The notes under the pieces: generated by a model
Database searches by the model: none
Told to the model about the DNA's origin: nothing
What the model saw: the letters and a program-made list of their open reading frames with translations, nothing else
Position numbers and translations under genes: made by a program
Source of the DNA: a virus
Taxonomy: Duplodnaviria > Caudoviricetes
Direction: 5' to 3' (one strand)
Length of the DNA stretch: 64,000 nt
IMG/VR virus record: IMGVR_UViG_3300010167_000019
Coordinates: 16,202-80,201 of that record
Part shown: piece by piece, positions 1 through 9,859 of the stretch
Layout of the letters: every line of letters starts with the position of its first letter
Numbering within the stretch: position 1 is the first letter of the stretch

Positions 1-516
1 TTCTTTGATGCCTGTGCTACCTTCCTAGAAGATAGTGAAAATGACTTAGACACAGGAAGTATACCTCTAGAGAATGTTCCAAGCAATCAACCCAATTCTA
101 TGATGGGTGACGCTAAGCTGTTAGAAGAGATCAATGCTATTTACACGCCAATCTTAGTCTCCCAAGAGTTAGATCACGATATCCAAGGACGAATTCAAGA
201 AGCTTGTTCCAAAGAAAATGTCTTGGTGGAAAGCAACTTGGTTAAATTTGATGCCGATACCCGTAAGGCTCAATTGATCAGCTTATGTTCTCTGCTCATC
301 GCTCGTCAAGCTAACTCACCTGATTATCAAGCTTATAAACAAGCATCTAACGTTCGCAAGGCCATGAAGTTAAAGATTCAAAAGGATAACTATGCAGGAG
401 CAGTTGCTCTGGCTGATAAGTACCTACAGAACTTATCGGCGACTGGTACGAGTTCTGTAGTCAGAAGTGCAGCCACAGATCTACAAACTGTTAGGGTTGA
501 ACCGGGTACTATGTAA
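1..516 (+). CDS. 5'-truncated hypothetical protein, probably virion/head-associated
   Basis: Frame 1 is open from base 1 to TAA at 514-516, so the ORF extends past the track start at 100. It contains an LVES motif like neighbouring head-type proteins. Confidence 0.65.
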   Translation, partial: FFDACATFLEDSENDLDTGSIPLENVPSNQPNSMMGDAKLLEEINAIYTPILVSQELDHDIQGRIQEACSKENVLVESNLVKFDADTRKAQLISLCSLLIARQANSPDYQAYKQASNVRKAMKLKIQKDNYAGAVALADKYLQNLSATGTSSVVRSAATDLQTVRVEPGTM

Positions 517-587
517 AGATCACACTAACCTTACGTTAAGCTTGGGACCAATCAAAACTAATAAATGTAAAGGAGATATGAATAGTT

Positions 588-1709
588 ATGAGTAACGAAG
601 AAATGACCTTAGCGGAATATGTGGTAGAGTCAGAAAATTATTTTTATTCTAAAGAATACTTTGAGCTGGTTAGAGAATGCGGCGAATTAAATCTTATGGC
701 GATCTATGCTGAGGGCACTGATTATCTGGCTGAGAATGCCGACACACTGAGCAGCGAGGCAATGGACATGTTGCTGGTTGAAGCAGGCGACGAAGATAAG
801 AAGACCGAGGTTTTCAATGCTGGTGAAAACAAAGGCAAAGGACTTCTCAAAAGGATTGTCGGTATAATTAAAACAGCCTTCAATGCCGTAAAAGGTTTCT
901 TCAGAAGGATTTGGGAATGGCTTGTTGGTAAAGGCAGACTAGGCAGGGAAGAACTCTCGAAAAAACTCAAATCCGCTAAAGTTAAAATTGCCAAAGGTGG
1001 CAAAGACCTTAAAACAAAAGTTGCCAATGCCATAGAAAAAGGCAAAGCAGAGATAAAGGCTCTAGCTGCTAAAGGTAAGGATGGGATCATGGGCTTAACT
1101 CCAGCTGGGAAAAAGAAAAAGGTTCAAGATGCCCTAGTAAAAGAAGTACATGATTTTATCGATACCTGGGTAGATTCCAGCTCTGACGTCTATGAAGATA
1201 TGTTTGAGGTCAGTGCTCTCTTAGCCAATAAAGGTGAATTCAAGATCCCGAAACTTTATGCTGAGGGAGAAACTTGGGCTAGAGATCTGGCCGACGTTCT
1301 CGACATCTTGGGGAATGCTCCGGACAAATCTCTGAAGACCACCCTGCTGGTGAAGAAGCTACGGGCCCTTAAGACTTCAATTGAAGGCGGTAGAGTCAAT
1401 GAGGCTGGAGCAGCAACTATAGTAGTGAATTGGGATGTCTTCGAGATCGAAGGTCATATTACCGCCCTGGATGCTTCTCTCAAATCTTTTGAAAGAATTG
1501 GCGACCGCATCGAGACTATTCGAGGATCTATGGGTAGCAATACTGCCGTAGTCGGTGAACTCAATGCTGTTATCCAAGAACTAGCCATTGTGGCTCCCAT
1601 GTATAAGAAAGCCACAGCTGAAGCTATCAAAGCTCTGCAAGAATTTATTGCTAACCAAAACAAAGCCATTACAGTATTTGCTAAATACGCTGACGTTGCT
1701 GCTGCTTAA
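588..1709 (+). CDS. putative internal head protein
   Basis: 373-aa ORF with AAGGAG RBS. Acidic N-terminus with VVES/YAEG/LVEA motifs, then a Lys-rich helical region, the layout typical of jumbo-phage head proteins. Confidence 0.6.
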   Translation: MSNEEMTLAEYVVESENYFYSKEYFELVRECGELNLMAIYAEGTDYLAENADTLSSEAMDMLLVEAGDEDKKTEVFNAGENKGKGLLKRIVGIIKTAFNAVKGFFRRIWEWLVGKGRLGREELSKKLKSAKVKIAKGGKDLKTKVANAIEKGKAEIKALAAKGKDGIMGLTPAGKKKKVQDALVKEVHDFIDTWVDSSSDVYEDMFEVSALLANKGEFKIPKLYAEGETWARDLADVLDILGNAPDKSLKTTLLVKKLRALKTSIEGGRVNEAGAATIVVNWDVFEIEGHITALDASLKSFERIGDRIETIRGSMGSNTAVVGELNAVIQELAIVAPMYKKATAEAIKALQEFIANQNKAITVFAKYADVAAA

Positions 1710-1726
1710 CTGAACAAAAAACAAAT

Positions 1727-1757
1727 GAAGGTGAGTGGGTTGATCCCACTCACCTTC
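1727..1757. terminator. bidirectional intrinsic terminator
   Basis: gaaggtgagtggg-ttgat-cccactcaccttc, 13-bp stem between convergent genes. Confidence 0.8.
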
Positions 1758-2229
1758 GATATCTTGTCAATATCGTTACATCATCTTCAGGCATCTTACC
1801 GAACTTTTGAATCTTAAGCATCCGGATATAGGTTTCCGTGAGAATTGTGATGGTAGTGATCAGATCATGATTGGCCTTGGCTGGGTCATCAGCTATTACG
1901 GATATATGGGAATCTGAGTTTAAGCCTAGACGATAGCCTGGTAGATTCTCGTACAGATGCCAAAAGACAACAGCCATGGCCCCATCTGAAGATGTCGGTT
2001 GTTTATTCAATGCCGAGGTGAATATCATTTCTAGAACGGATAGGAGTTGTAAGGCTTCTAGATTCTTTTCCCTTGATTTCTCTTCAGCAATTCTTTTTAA
2101 GATAGTTTGGACCTTAGTGCAGATGAACTCTTCCTTCTCCTTTTCGATGTTGGTGTAATAATATTTTTCATCTAGGGTGTCATTCGTATTTTCTACTTCC
2201 TTAGGTTTAAAGTCTAATATTTCAGCCAT
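1750..2229 (-). CDS. hypothetical protein (early-type promoter)
   Basis: ORF with GGGAG RBS and ATG at 2229, preceded by TGATATATTCT. Confidence 0.75.
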   Translation of the reverse strand: MAEILDFKPKEVENTNDTLDEKYYYTNIEKEKEEFICTKVQTILKRIAEEKSREKNLEALQLLSVLEMIFTSALNKQPTSSDGAMAVVFWHLYENLPGYRLGLNSDSHISVIADDPAKANHDLITTITILTETYIRMLKIQKFGKMPEDDVTILTRYRR

Positions 2230-2260
2230 CACTTAACACTCCCTTACTTCCATCTTATCA

Positions 2261-2271
2261 AGAATATATCA
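2261..2271 (-). promoter_or_regulatory. phage early-type promoter motif T(G/T)ATATATT(A/C)T
   Basis: The motif recurs upstream of minus-strand genes at about 2261, 11652, 14431, 22731, 26120, 27432, 31726, 32413, 43269, 44065 and 50241. Confidence 0.65.
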
Positions 2272-2326
2272 TCATAATTATAAGGTTAGGCTCTTTAACC
2301 ATCTTTAAAGTGAAGGAGGGAGGAGC

Positions 2327-2743
2327 ATGATTTTAGGAGCGATGAATATCCCCAGGGTAGTGGAAAAGAGCAGGTGTAAGACCAGTGAAGATTACTTGTT
2401 GACCGATATCGGTGACTATAAGATTTGGTCTTCCGTCTGCACTCCCTACATTGAATTTGCCAAAGCTAAAGAAGTGGTTGACCAAATCGACAAAAGTATT
2501 TTTATCAATGACCAAGATACGAAGTTGAATTTTGCTAGTACGACTAAAGTACAGAATTATTTGACCACTCGTTTCATCGGTAGGGTTCCCTATACCTATT
2601 ATGGTCCTAAGACTAAGATGGGTGAAGAATTTATCCTCCTATGCTCAGATGGTGACCCATCCTATCCAGAACGCAAGTTTGGTACAACAGAAGCTTTCTC
2701 CTCCAATAGCAATGCTGCAGAATTAATTACCTATGCCAGATAA
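2327..2743 (+). CDS. hypothetical protein
   Basis: 138-aa ORF with GGAGG RBS. Confidence 0.75.
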   Translation: MILGAMNIPRVVEKSRCKTSEDYLLTDIGDYKIWSSVCTPYIEFAKAKEVVDQIDKSIFINDQDTKLNFASTTKVQNYLTTRFIGRVPYTYYGPKTKMGEEFILLCSDGDPSYPERKFGTTEAFSSNSNAAELITYAR

Positions 2744-2755
2744 GGGGTGGTAAAA

Positions 2756-3145
2756 ATGCCCGACGTGACTTATATCGATCGGTACATCAGTGATGGTAAG
2801 GCAGCCTTAATCAGCTTAAGTAAATTCTACGATACGATCTTAATCGTTGACAATAATAAACCGGAGCATATTTTCCGGATTCCCTTACAAGATACTTTTT
2901 TAAAGTACCGGGAACATTTAGCCAATGATATCAGCATGTATGAACTCCCTAATTCTTTTCTCTACAAGCCTAAGCTATTGAGCATCGAGTTATATGGGAC
3001 TACGGAAATGTGGTTGTCCATCTTAAGGTTAAACAATATGCGCAATGTAGCCGAATTCAATCGTCCCATCGTCAAGGTCTACACACCTGCTTCCATCCGA
3101 GATCTCATTCAACTATTCTTCAAACGAGAAGGGAAAATATCATAA
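2756..3145 (+). CDS. baseplate wedge subunit (T4 gp53-like)
   Basis: YKPKLLSIELYGTTEMWLSILRLNN resembles the gp53/LysM-like signature RPDxxSxxLYGxxxxWWxIxxxN. Confidence 0.65.
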   Translation: MPDVTYIDRYISDGKAALISLSKFYDTILIVDNNKPEHIFRIPLQDTFLKYREHLANDISMYELPNSFLYKPKLLSIELYGTTEMWLSILRLNNMRNVAEFNRPIVKVYTPASIRDLIQLFFKREGKIS

Positions 3146-3177
3146 AATAGTCAGCCGAATATTCGGCTGACTATTTT
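3144..3177. terminator. bidirectional terminator, perfect 34-bp palindrome
   Basis: aaaatagtcagccgaat|attcggctgactatttt between convergent genes. Confidence 0.85.
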
Positions 3178-3178
3178 C

Positions 3179-4267
3179 TTAAGCTGGATGTGAAATTAAA
3201 ATTTCTTTAAACGCTGGAGCAACATTCTCAAAGCTCTTGACGATGTTGGGATCAAATTGTGTACCTGCACCTTGGAAAATAATCTCGCGGGCTAGTTCAT
3301 GGGTCATCGGTTCCTTATGCGTCCGAGAAGAAGTCAAAGCATCGTAGACATCGACGATGGCTAAAATTCTTCCTTCTAAAGAAATGCTGGTATCAAATAA
3401 GCCATTGGGATAACCTGTGCCATCCCATCTCTCATGGTGAGTCCCCACAAATAGTTTAGCTTGTCTCGTCAGCTCACTGTCACCGACCATCTGGATCATC
3501 TGGTCTAAAATCTTCTCTCCTATGGCTACGTGATCTTCCACCATGGAACGTTCACCTTCATTGAAGATTGAGATCTTATTGAGCAGGGAACCGCTAATCC
3601 CCATTTTACCGATGTCATGCAGTTGGGAGATATCGATCGTTTCCGTATTCCATTTTTGTAATTGCGGCTTATAGGAATCATCTTTACGTAGTTCCTCCCA
3701 CATCGTTTCTAAGTAGAGTGGACAACTGAGAGAGGTGAACTTACCAACCAACAACATGCAGGAAGCGATGAAGCTTTGGATCACATCGTGGACAACAGTC
3801 TCTGTTCCTAACTTTACTGATTTAAGGTTGAAGTTAATCACATCGGAAATGGATAAGTTCATCTTGCTTAACTCAGCATTGCGACGACCGATATTGCCGT
3901 AAGCTCGTACTCTCTTCATCAACAATACAGGGGATACGGACTTGAAGAGAATGTCACAGTTGAAAGGTAAGATTTTCTTAGTCTCTTCTACGAATTTGAA
4001 ATCACTGCTCAGATAGATGACAGAAATATTTTTGAAGAGGGGATTGTTTTGTACTTTGCTGATAGCCTTGGTAGCAGTAGTCTCCATATCATCTAAGTCT
4101 AATAGAACGACGTCTGGGATAAGTGTTCTAATCATAGTGATCAAGCCACTGTACGTTGTAGCTTGGTAAACATTATGGTTTAAGAATAAATACTTATACA
4201 TTCCGATGATCTCTTGACTAGGGGTCAAGACAAAAATATTTAGAGCATTATCCCAGCCAGCACCCAT
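3179..4267 (-). CDS. receiver (REC) plus HD-GYP domain protein (RpfG-like cyclic-dinucleotide phosphodiesterase family)
   Basis: REC-like PDVVLLD...VIYLS...LFK, followed by LHDIGK, HHERWDGTGYP, AIVDVYDALTSSRTHK and GTQFDP. Confidence 0.9.
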   Translation of the reverse strand: MGAGWDNALNIFVLTPSQEIIGMYKYLFLNHNVYQATTYSGLITMIRTLIPDVVLLDLDDMETTATKAISKVQNNPLFKNISVIYLSSDFKFVEETKKILPFNCDILFKSVSPVLLMKRVRAYGNIGRRNAELSKMNLSISDVINFNLKSVKLGTETVVHDVIQSFIASCMLLVGKFTSLSCPLYLETMWEELRKDDSYKPQLQKWNTETIDISQLHDIGKMGISGSLLNKISIFNEGERSMVEDHVAIGEKILDQMIQMVGDSELTRQAKLFVGTHHERWDGTGYPNGLFDTSISLEGRILAIVDVYDALTSSRTHKEPMTHELAREIIFQGAGTQFDPNIVKSFENVAPAFKEILISHPA

Positions 4268-4305
4268 AGCTATCTCTCCTTCACAAATAATGTGGTCTCC
4301 CAGCG

Positions 4306-4335
4306 ATTATACTTTAGTTTTTCTCTACCTTACAA
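4306..4335 (-). promoter_or_regulatory. host sigma70/sigmaA-like promoter for the HD-GYP gene
   Basis: TTGTAA-18 nt-TATAAT on the minus strand, about 40 nt upstream of the ATG. Confidence 0.45.
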
Positions 4336-4356
4336 ATAAGAGGTGGTGATCGGAGA

Positions 4357-5688
4357 ATGAGCGGTCAACGGTTATATCAATCTAATCCTTCTGTGGCTAA
4401 TCCGGATGTTCGCTTGGAAGGAATCAGTTACGAAAGAAATCCCGGAGCAGAATATGGCGATCACATTCGATCGACAACAGCCATTGCTTGCTTAAGTGCT
4501 TCACATGTTTATGGCAATTGTTTAGCTACCTTTGAAAAATATTTTCTGGATTTATTTCCTAAGGATACTTTTAAAACCATCACGGCTACAACCACCTTGG
4601 CTAGTCGACAGCTAAGGCATCTACCCAGACAGCTGATGAAGCTAGAGATGCCTACCATGGTCTTAGCACCTCGGATCAGTTTTGGTCAAGAAGACAATCG
4701 CTTCTTGGCTCATACCATTATGAACTCAAGGTATACCAATACTTTTGCCAACTGGGGAGAAGGGTCTTTGATCCCTTTAGCTTTAGATAAAAAGAATAAG
4801 ATTGCTATTCACGGACACTACAATCGGAATGTCATGTACATCGATATGGTTTTAAGTTTTGAAACCTACATGCAACAGACCAATTGGATGTCCTTCTTGC
4901 ATAACATGATGCCCATCAACCATAACTTCTTCATCAAGGCTCCTTTGGAACTCTACCTACCCGAAGAATTTTGTATGCTCTTAAGTAAATTGGCCAAAGA
5001 AGAAATTCGTTCGGAAGAACAGAGTTCGGTACAGAGCTTCTTACGTTACATGAATTCCACTTGGTATTACCCAATTACCTATAAGCTCAAGGGTGGTTCC
5101 CAAACCGATGAATTCTTCATGTACTATGTCGCCGATATCGATACGGTTATTCAAGAGCCAACTCCTAATCCGGGAGTAAAGGATGGTCAAATTCGGAGAA
5201 ACTTTGACATTGCCTTTACCGTACGCTGTGATTTTAACAGCATCGGTTATTTCACAATCAACAGCCCGGGTATCAAAGATCCCATCAAGATCATGCATGC
5301 TAAAGATGCTAATACGATCATCCCAATGTATACTGACGTCATCGATTTGAATAATTTTACTCTACCCGTGGGATGGACTGTTCTAGGCTTTCCAGTTTTC
5401 AAGATAGGGATGGGTGAGCGTTCAGTCAAATTAACTCCCATCTTGAATAAGTCTATCTCTACAGTCTTGCGTTATCATCTAGAACACGGCATACCGATTG
5501 AACGCTTTCTGCAGATTCAATTTCGGGAGAATGGCAATATCTTAGAACATGAAGGCTACTACATCGATTGGCCGAATGAGGAATTGTACGTGATTCGTCC
5601 GGACTATCATCGAACGTATCGTTTATTAATTTCGGTATCCTATGATTACGTTAATAGTTTGATTAAAGAGTTATATAATCTTGCCTAG
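4357..5688 (+). CDS. putative virion structural protein
   Basis: 443-aa ORF in the late (plus-strand) orientation; no catalytic motif recognised. Confidence 0.5.
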   Translation: MSGQRLYQSNPSVANPDVRLEGISYERNPGAEYGDHIRSTTAIACLSASHVYGNCLATFEKYFLDLFPKDTFKTITATTTLASRQLRHLPRQLMKLEMPTMVLAPRISFGQEDNRFLAHTIMNSRYTNTFANWGEGSLIPLALDKKNKIAIHGHYNRNVMYIDMVLSFETYMQQTNWMSFLHNMMPINHNFFIKAPLELYLPEEFCMLLSKLAKEEIRSEEQSSVQSFLRYMNSTWYYPITYKLKGGSQTDEFFMYYVADIDTVIQEPTPNPGVKDGQIRRNFDIAFTVRCDFNSIGYFTINSPGIKDPIKIMHAKDANTIIPMYTDVIDLNNFTLPVGWTVLGFPVFKIGMGERSVKLTPILNKSISTVLRYHLEHGIPIERFLQIQFRENGNILEHEGYYIDWPNEELYVIRPDYHRTYRLLISVSYDYVNSLIKELYNLA

Positions 5689-5705
5689 TCTACTGATCTT
5701 AAGAC

Positions 5706-5717
5706 AACATGCCATTA
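5706..5717 (+). promoter_or_regulatory. AR9-like late promoter AACA-N6-TA
   Basis: AACA tgccat TA upstream of 5774; the same motif precedes the tail-fibre, capsid and sheath genes. Confidence 0.5.
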
Positions 5718-5773
5718 ATATGTGTATCGGAAAACCGTCTTATCAATAAAAGAGTAAAGGAGATAAAAATAAC

Positions 5774-6595
5774 ATGGAAGATATTTTTAGTTTGAGAATT
5801 GATGACTTGATCAAGGAGTCAAAGTCTAATGACCTGGATGATTTATTCACGCTAAGAGTTTTTGGTGAAGATACTTCTCTTCCGCCTTTAGGAAGTAAAA
5901 AGAATTACGATGCCATGAACATCACAATTCCTCAATCCAAGGAGATTGACGCCGACGTTTATAATCAAGCCTTAACAGATCTGCAGAAGAGTTTCAAAGA
6001 GACAGTTGAGCTGATGGATGGTGCCTTAGATAATCTCAAAGGGGTGACAATCCGCCCAAAGTCTCTGGATAGTGTCCAGGAAGATTACACGGAACTAGCT
6101 ATTCAAAAAGCCATGTATGAATCTGTTATAAATGGTCCCTACTTTGAAGCAGTTAAGGCTGACAATAAAGAAGAAATCAAAGAAATTGTTCAGTCCTTAA
6201 AAGCAACTGTGTTAGAAAAGGCGGCTAGAGAGGCTGGCGGCAAATTCATCAAGCCAATGTGGATCGCCCGTTTCCTTTTAAATAGTATGAGCCAGATCAT
6301 GCAGGTAGCCTGGAATAATCGTCTCTGGCAAATAGTCGGTATTGTTTACTGTGAACGCGGCAACATCGAAAAATTTATGGATGATCTGAATGGAAAGTTT
6401 GCCGATGAGCTTGGAAAATATAAATTGTTAAATACCACCCTGATCGATATAACTATTGCTGATTTCATCCATAAGAAATTAAACTATAAGAATGATCTCA
6501 ATGCGTATTTATTGGTCGTTGATAAGAAACTTCCGAGCGAAATTAAAAAGATCGCCTCAGCCAGTGTTAGCACAGATAAAAAAGAAAAAGAATAA
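5774..6595 (+). CDS. putative head-associated protein
   Basis: 273 aa with AAGGAG RBS; LIKES, MYES and YFEA motifs. Confidence 0.55.
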   Translation: MEDIFSLRIDDLIKESKSNDLDDLFTLRVFGEDTSLPPLGSKKNYDAMNITIPQSKEIDADVYNQALTDLQKSFKETVELMDGALDNLKGVTIRPKSLDSVQEDYTELAIQKAMYESVINGPYFEAVKADNKEEIKEIVQSLKATVLEKAAREAGGKFIKPMWIARFLLNSMSQIMQVAWNNRLWQIVGIVYCERGNIEKFMDDLNGKFADELGKYKLLNTTLIDITIADFIHKKLNYKNDLNAYLLVVDKKLPSEIKKIASASVSTDKKEKE

Positions 6596-6596
6596 T

Positions 6597-6641
6597 TAAT
6601 TATGAAGATGGGAGGATCTGATCCTCCCATCTTCATAATTA
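6597..6641. terminator. bidirectional terminator, 22-bp arms with 1-nt spacer
   Basis: taattatgaagatgggaggatc-t-gatcctcccatcttcataatta. Confidence 0.85.
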
Positions 6642-6646
6642 TCTTT

Positions 6647-7330
6647 TCAATCAGATGGCTTATCGTTGTTCAATAGGATCTTAGCAATCCGATCAGGGTT
6701 TAAAGATTTTAAAACTCCTTCTACATCAGCTTCATTTAATTTAGAATTTTCTTTCTTACCACGAAAACGATTCCAAATCAAGTCAGCTAAGTTCAGCGGC
6801 TCTTCTTCGGACTGAGTATCTAGGGGAGCAGTCATAGTCATGATGATCTCATGAGCCAGATCAGGATTCTCATTGAATAATTCCGATAAGAGCATTTCTT
6901 GCTCTACTTCAGTTTCTGACCTAATCTCATCATTAGATTCTTTAGGAAATAAGATGAGAGTGGGACGCTGATACCCTCCCTTGACTTTATTCTTAGTTGT
7001 ATCCCCCCTTTCTACTATTACAGTGTAGCCACTATTAGTGGAAAATGTATCCTGATCAGAATAGATATACGCATAGTCTAAAACACCAGGTCCTTTCTTT
7101 CCCCTGATGCTAGTTTCCAACTTTGTCTCTGAAGGATAATAGCTATCACTTTTCTTCTCTCCAGCAGTGGATTCTGTCTTGTAGAGTACATTCTTTCCAG
7201 TAGTACCCTCTGTCAGGTAGGATATATTTTTTCCAGTAGATTCTCTCCGATAGATGACACCCTTAGCACTGCTAAGTAGAGCTCGCCAATAGGTGGGGTG
7301 TAAATTCCCCCTGCGATCATAAAATTTCAT
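6647..7330 (-). CDS. hypothetical protein
   Basis: 227-aa ORF at the end of the minus-strand operon. Confidence 0.7.
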   Translation of the reverse strand: MKFYDRRGNLHPTYWRALLSSAKGVIYRRESTGKNISYLTEGTTGKNVLYKTESTAGEKKSDSYYPSETKLETSIRGKKGPGVLDYAYIYSDQDTFSTNSGYTVIVERGDTTKNKVKGGYQRPTLILFPKESNDEIRSETEVEQEMLLSELFNENPDLAHEIIMTMTAPLDTQSEEEPLNLADLIWNRFRGKKENSKLNEADVEGVLKSLNPDRIAKILLNNDKPSD

Positions 7331-7351
7331 CTTCAGCTTCCTTTCTTGCTT

Positions 7352-8221
7352 TTAAGATTCTCCGTACTCAAAGATGACCTTGCCATGCTCATAGATGGTT
7401 ATCCGATAATTCAAATTAACCATGCGCATGAAACGGCTAAAGAGTTGAGCCGAAAAAGGTTTAGGGGAGATCAAGGTGGTCATCATATTATTGATCGTGT
7501 AATCATCTGTTTCTTCAGACTTTAAATTATACTTACTTAAATTTTCCAACCGGAGGATCAACTTGACAATTTTCTTCAAGTGGTCATCTGCACTTTCAAT
7601 AATTTCTTCATAGCCTGTACAATCAAAAACATCTTCCGGATAATGGTAGGTCAATAGCTTAACTTCCTTACGGTAGATGCTAAGAGTATAATTAAGATGA
7701 AAGATTTGGCTGATCCAAATTTTCCATCTCTCCATACGCATAAAGGCAATCTTATTTAAAGCAGCGTAGTAATTGGTAATGATCGAAGTGTTCAAGCCGC
7801 TCATATCGACCAAGTCGACTAATGTGATGCTCTTATTTAAAATAAGACCCTTGACGATCTGGGTAAAGATATTGTCTTGAGGATTGATGGTAGGACGTAA
7901 AATATCATCGGCCAAAGACCGACGGTGGAGGTAGCGCACAGTGGCAGCTACCTCCGGATTGATCTTTTCTGATAATTCAGCTAGCTTGGTAGAAATGACT
8001 TCGGATAAATATCTCCGATTGGAATACTGGGAGATTAATTTCTCCTTCCCATTCCAAATGGGAAAGAAACCATTTTCGGGATGGGAGCGAGTGTGTATTT
8101 CCGAATAATAGTACAGACGATCATCTGCAGGATCATGGTAAATTTTACCCTCTACCCCTGTACCCCCCATCGGGCCCAAATATTCAAAATTCCATTTTTG
8201 TCCAACGACAATTTTATCCAT
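7352..8221 (-). CDS. putative DNA-binding protein with two internally duplicated HTH-like domains
   Basis: Two similar segments, IVKGLILNKSITLVDL...HLNYTLSIY and IVKLILRLENLSKYNL...NLNYRITIY. Confidence 0.4.
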   Translation of the reverse strand: MDKIVVGQKWNFEYLGPMGGTGVEGKIYHDPADDRLYYYSEIHTRSHPENGFFPIWNGKEKLISQYSNRRYLSEVISTKLAELSEKINPEVAATVRYLHRRSLADDILRPTINPQDNIFTQIVKGLILNKSITLVDLVDMSGLNTSIITNYYAALNKIAFMRMERWKIWISQIFHLNYTLSIYRKEVKLLTYHYPEDVFDCTGYEEIIESADDHLKKIVKLILRLENLSKYNLKSEETDDYTINNMMTTLISPKPFSAQLFSRFMRMVNLNYRITIYEHGKVIFEYGES

Positions 8222-8233
8222 TCTCTTGTCCTC

Positions 8234-8941
8234 TTACAGTAAATCCTCGATGTCTGCTGCCTTAGGCAGAATGTCAACGACTGGACCTTTACGGATGGTA
8301 CTAACTTGAGGTTGATTGACATTTGTTTCCCCCGTACGCAAATAAGTCAAGTACATCAGCCAGACAATTGTGTCTATATCTAGATTGGTCAAAGTGAAGG
8401 ATAGAGAATCAAGATCATTCAGAGTTAATAAGACGCTGGACTGTTCATTGTTAAATTTTAACTTGATTCCTTCAACTCGAGTATCATCAGGCTGAGTGAT
8501 TACTAAAGGTAACATTTCAAAGGTGGTGCTGCCGATCGTAAAGACTCTGCGATATTTATTGGCTAACTCTTCATTGACTTGTAACCTTTTATTGAAGTAG
8601 GAAAACATTTCCGGAATACGGATAGCTTCATGGATCCGTTGCAGTTCAGCGATGAAGATAGACAGCTGATAGCGAGTCAAGCCGATATTATCATCCCGAG
8701 AGAAGGGAGCCTTACGCCAAACACCATTTTCATCCAGATCACCTCTTCGGATGATATTGATATTGATAAAGGGAAATAGGTTGACTGAAGTATAGAAATC
8801 ACCATTTAATTCAGTAGTGGTTTCTCCAAAGGCAAAGGTTCGATTTTGTTGTATGGCATTATTGGTATCAGCGGTGAGTCTAATATCAACTGCTAATTTA
8901 CTCTGAATTGTTAAGACACGATATTTCACTTGACGTTTCAT
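8234..8941 (-). CDS. hypothetical protein
   Basis: 235-aa ORF with GGAGG RBS directly downstream of the RNAP gene. Confidence 0.7.
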   Translation of the reverse strand: MKRQVKYRVLTIQSKLAVDIRLTADTNNAIQQNRTFAFGETTTELNGDFYTSVNLFPFININIIRRGDLDENGVWRKAPFSRDDNIGLTRYQLSIFIAELQRIHEAIRIPEMFSYFNKRLQVNEELANKYRRVFTIGSTTFEMLPLVITQPDDTRVEGIKLKFNNEQSSVLLTLNDLDSLSFTLTNLDIDTIVWLMYLTYLRTGETNVNQPQVSTIRKGPVVDILPKAADIEDLL

Positions 8942-8951
8942 CCACTACCTC

Positions 8952-9287
8952 CTACTGTGGCGATGTAATTTCCGTTCTTTCTTCTACTAAATTCTTTTCA
9001 TTGAATTTACGATACTTTTCGCGGATATCATCTTCTACGACTACCTCCACATTGTTATGACTGACAGCATGGATTTGGATACTCTGGTCACCATATCTAG
9101 CCAAGGAGTCTAGGATTTCATTGTATTCCTTCTCTGTGCTACACTTAAAAATCATTTCTTCATAGTCGCCACCTAAGGGATGTTTATCCAAGTATTCTTT
9201 AATCTTAAAATGCATCTCATTCTCATATAATGTATCATCGAAATAAAATGATTCCAATGGATTCCAGGGTGACAATGATAAACTCTG
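8952..9287 (-). CDS. phage RNAP beta subunit N-terminal half, exon 5 (last)
   Basis: Starts QSLSLSPWNPL after the intron-terminal G at 9288 and joins SSDPG in frame. Confidence 0.8.
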   Translation of the reverse strand, partial: QSLSLSPWNPLESFYFDDTLYENEMHFKIKEYLDKHPLGGDYEEMIFKCSTEKEYNEILDSLARYGDQSIQIHAVSHNNVEVVVEDDIREKYRKFNEKNLVEERTEITSPQ

Positions 9288-9748
9288 CTCTATCTTCATG
9301 TGGCTTGCAACACCACACCGTACTATTCAAGTACTGCTCTAGGCTTTCCCTAGATGTTGAGACTATATCTTCTCTACTACACTGTTACCATGTACATAGA
9401 GCCTCTCGTTTCCAGTTGCCATAATATCCTTTAAAGATATTATCCCTGCAGTATGCATCAGGGTGTACTTCCACTTTACTACGCTGATAGGTCTTTCTCC
9501 ATATCGGTAGTGTTTGGAATAGTCGTTGAACCCGTGTCTAGCAATAGACACTTGGCTGCGGATTAAGTAATCTCTAACCTTTTTACTGTATTCCAGCAAT
9601 TACTCTGGACCCTCATGTGTATCACTACCATAAGTTAGTAGTTAGAGCTCTAAACAACTTCCCGCAATTATGAGAGGACCGGCCAACATATCTTCACTAC
9701 CATGGACATGTAATTACAAACTACAGTTTTAGATGATAGCGAACTACA
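9288..9748 (-). mobile_element. group I intron D (461 nt, no ORF)
   Basis: 5' exon ends in U (CCCGGU), intron ends in G. Core elements AAUUGCGGGAA, AAUCCGCAGC, UUCAACGACUA and AGAUAUAGUC. IGS UUG-G-CCGG pairs with both exons. Confidence 0.88.
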
Positions 9749-9859
9749 ACCGGGGTCACTAGAACTTGTTTCAGCGATATCGATAGTTGATAGCATGGAA
9801 GGATGTAATAATCTTTGTCTAACCGGAATTCTCTTTTCGTTACTGTTACCCAAACTATT
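9749..9859 (-). CDS. phage RNAP beta-N, exon 4
   Basis: NSLGNSNEKRIPVRQRLLHPSMLSTIDIAETSSSDPG, the conserved HPS..G.ID...SSSDPG beta motif. Confidence 0.85.
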
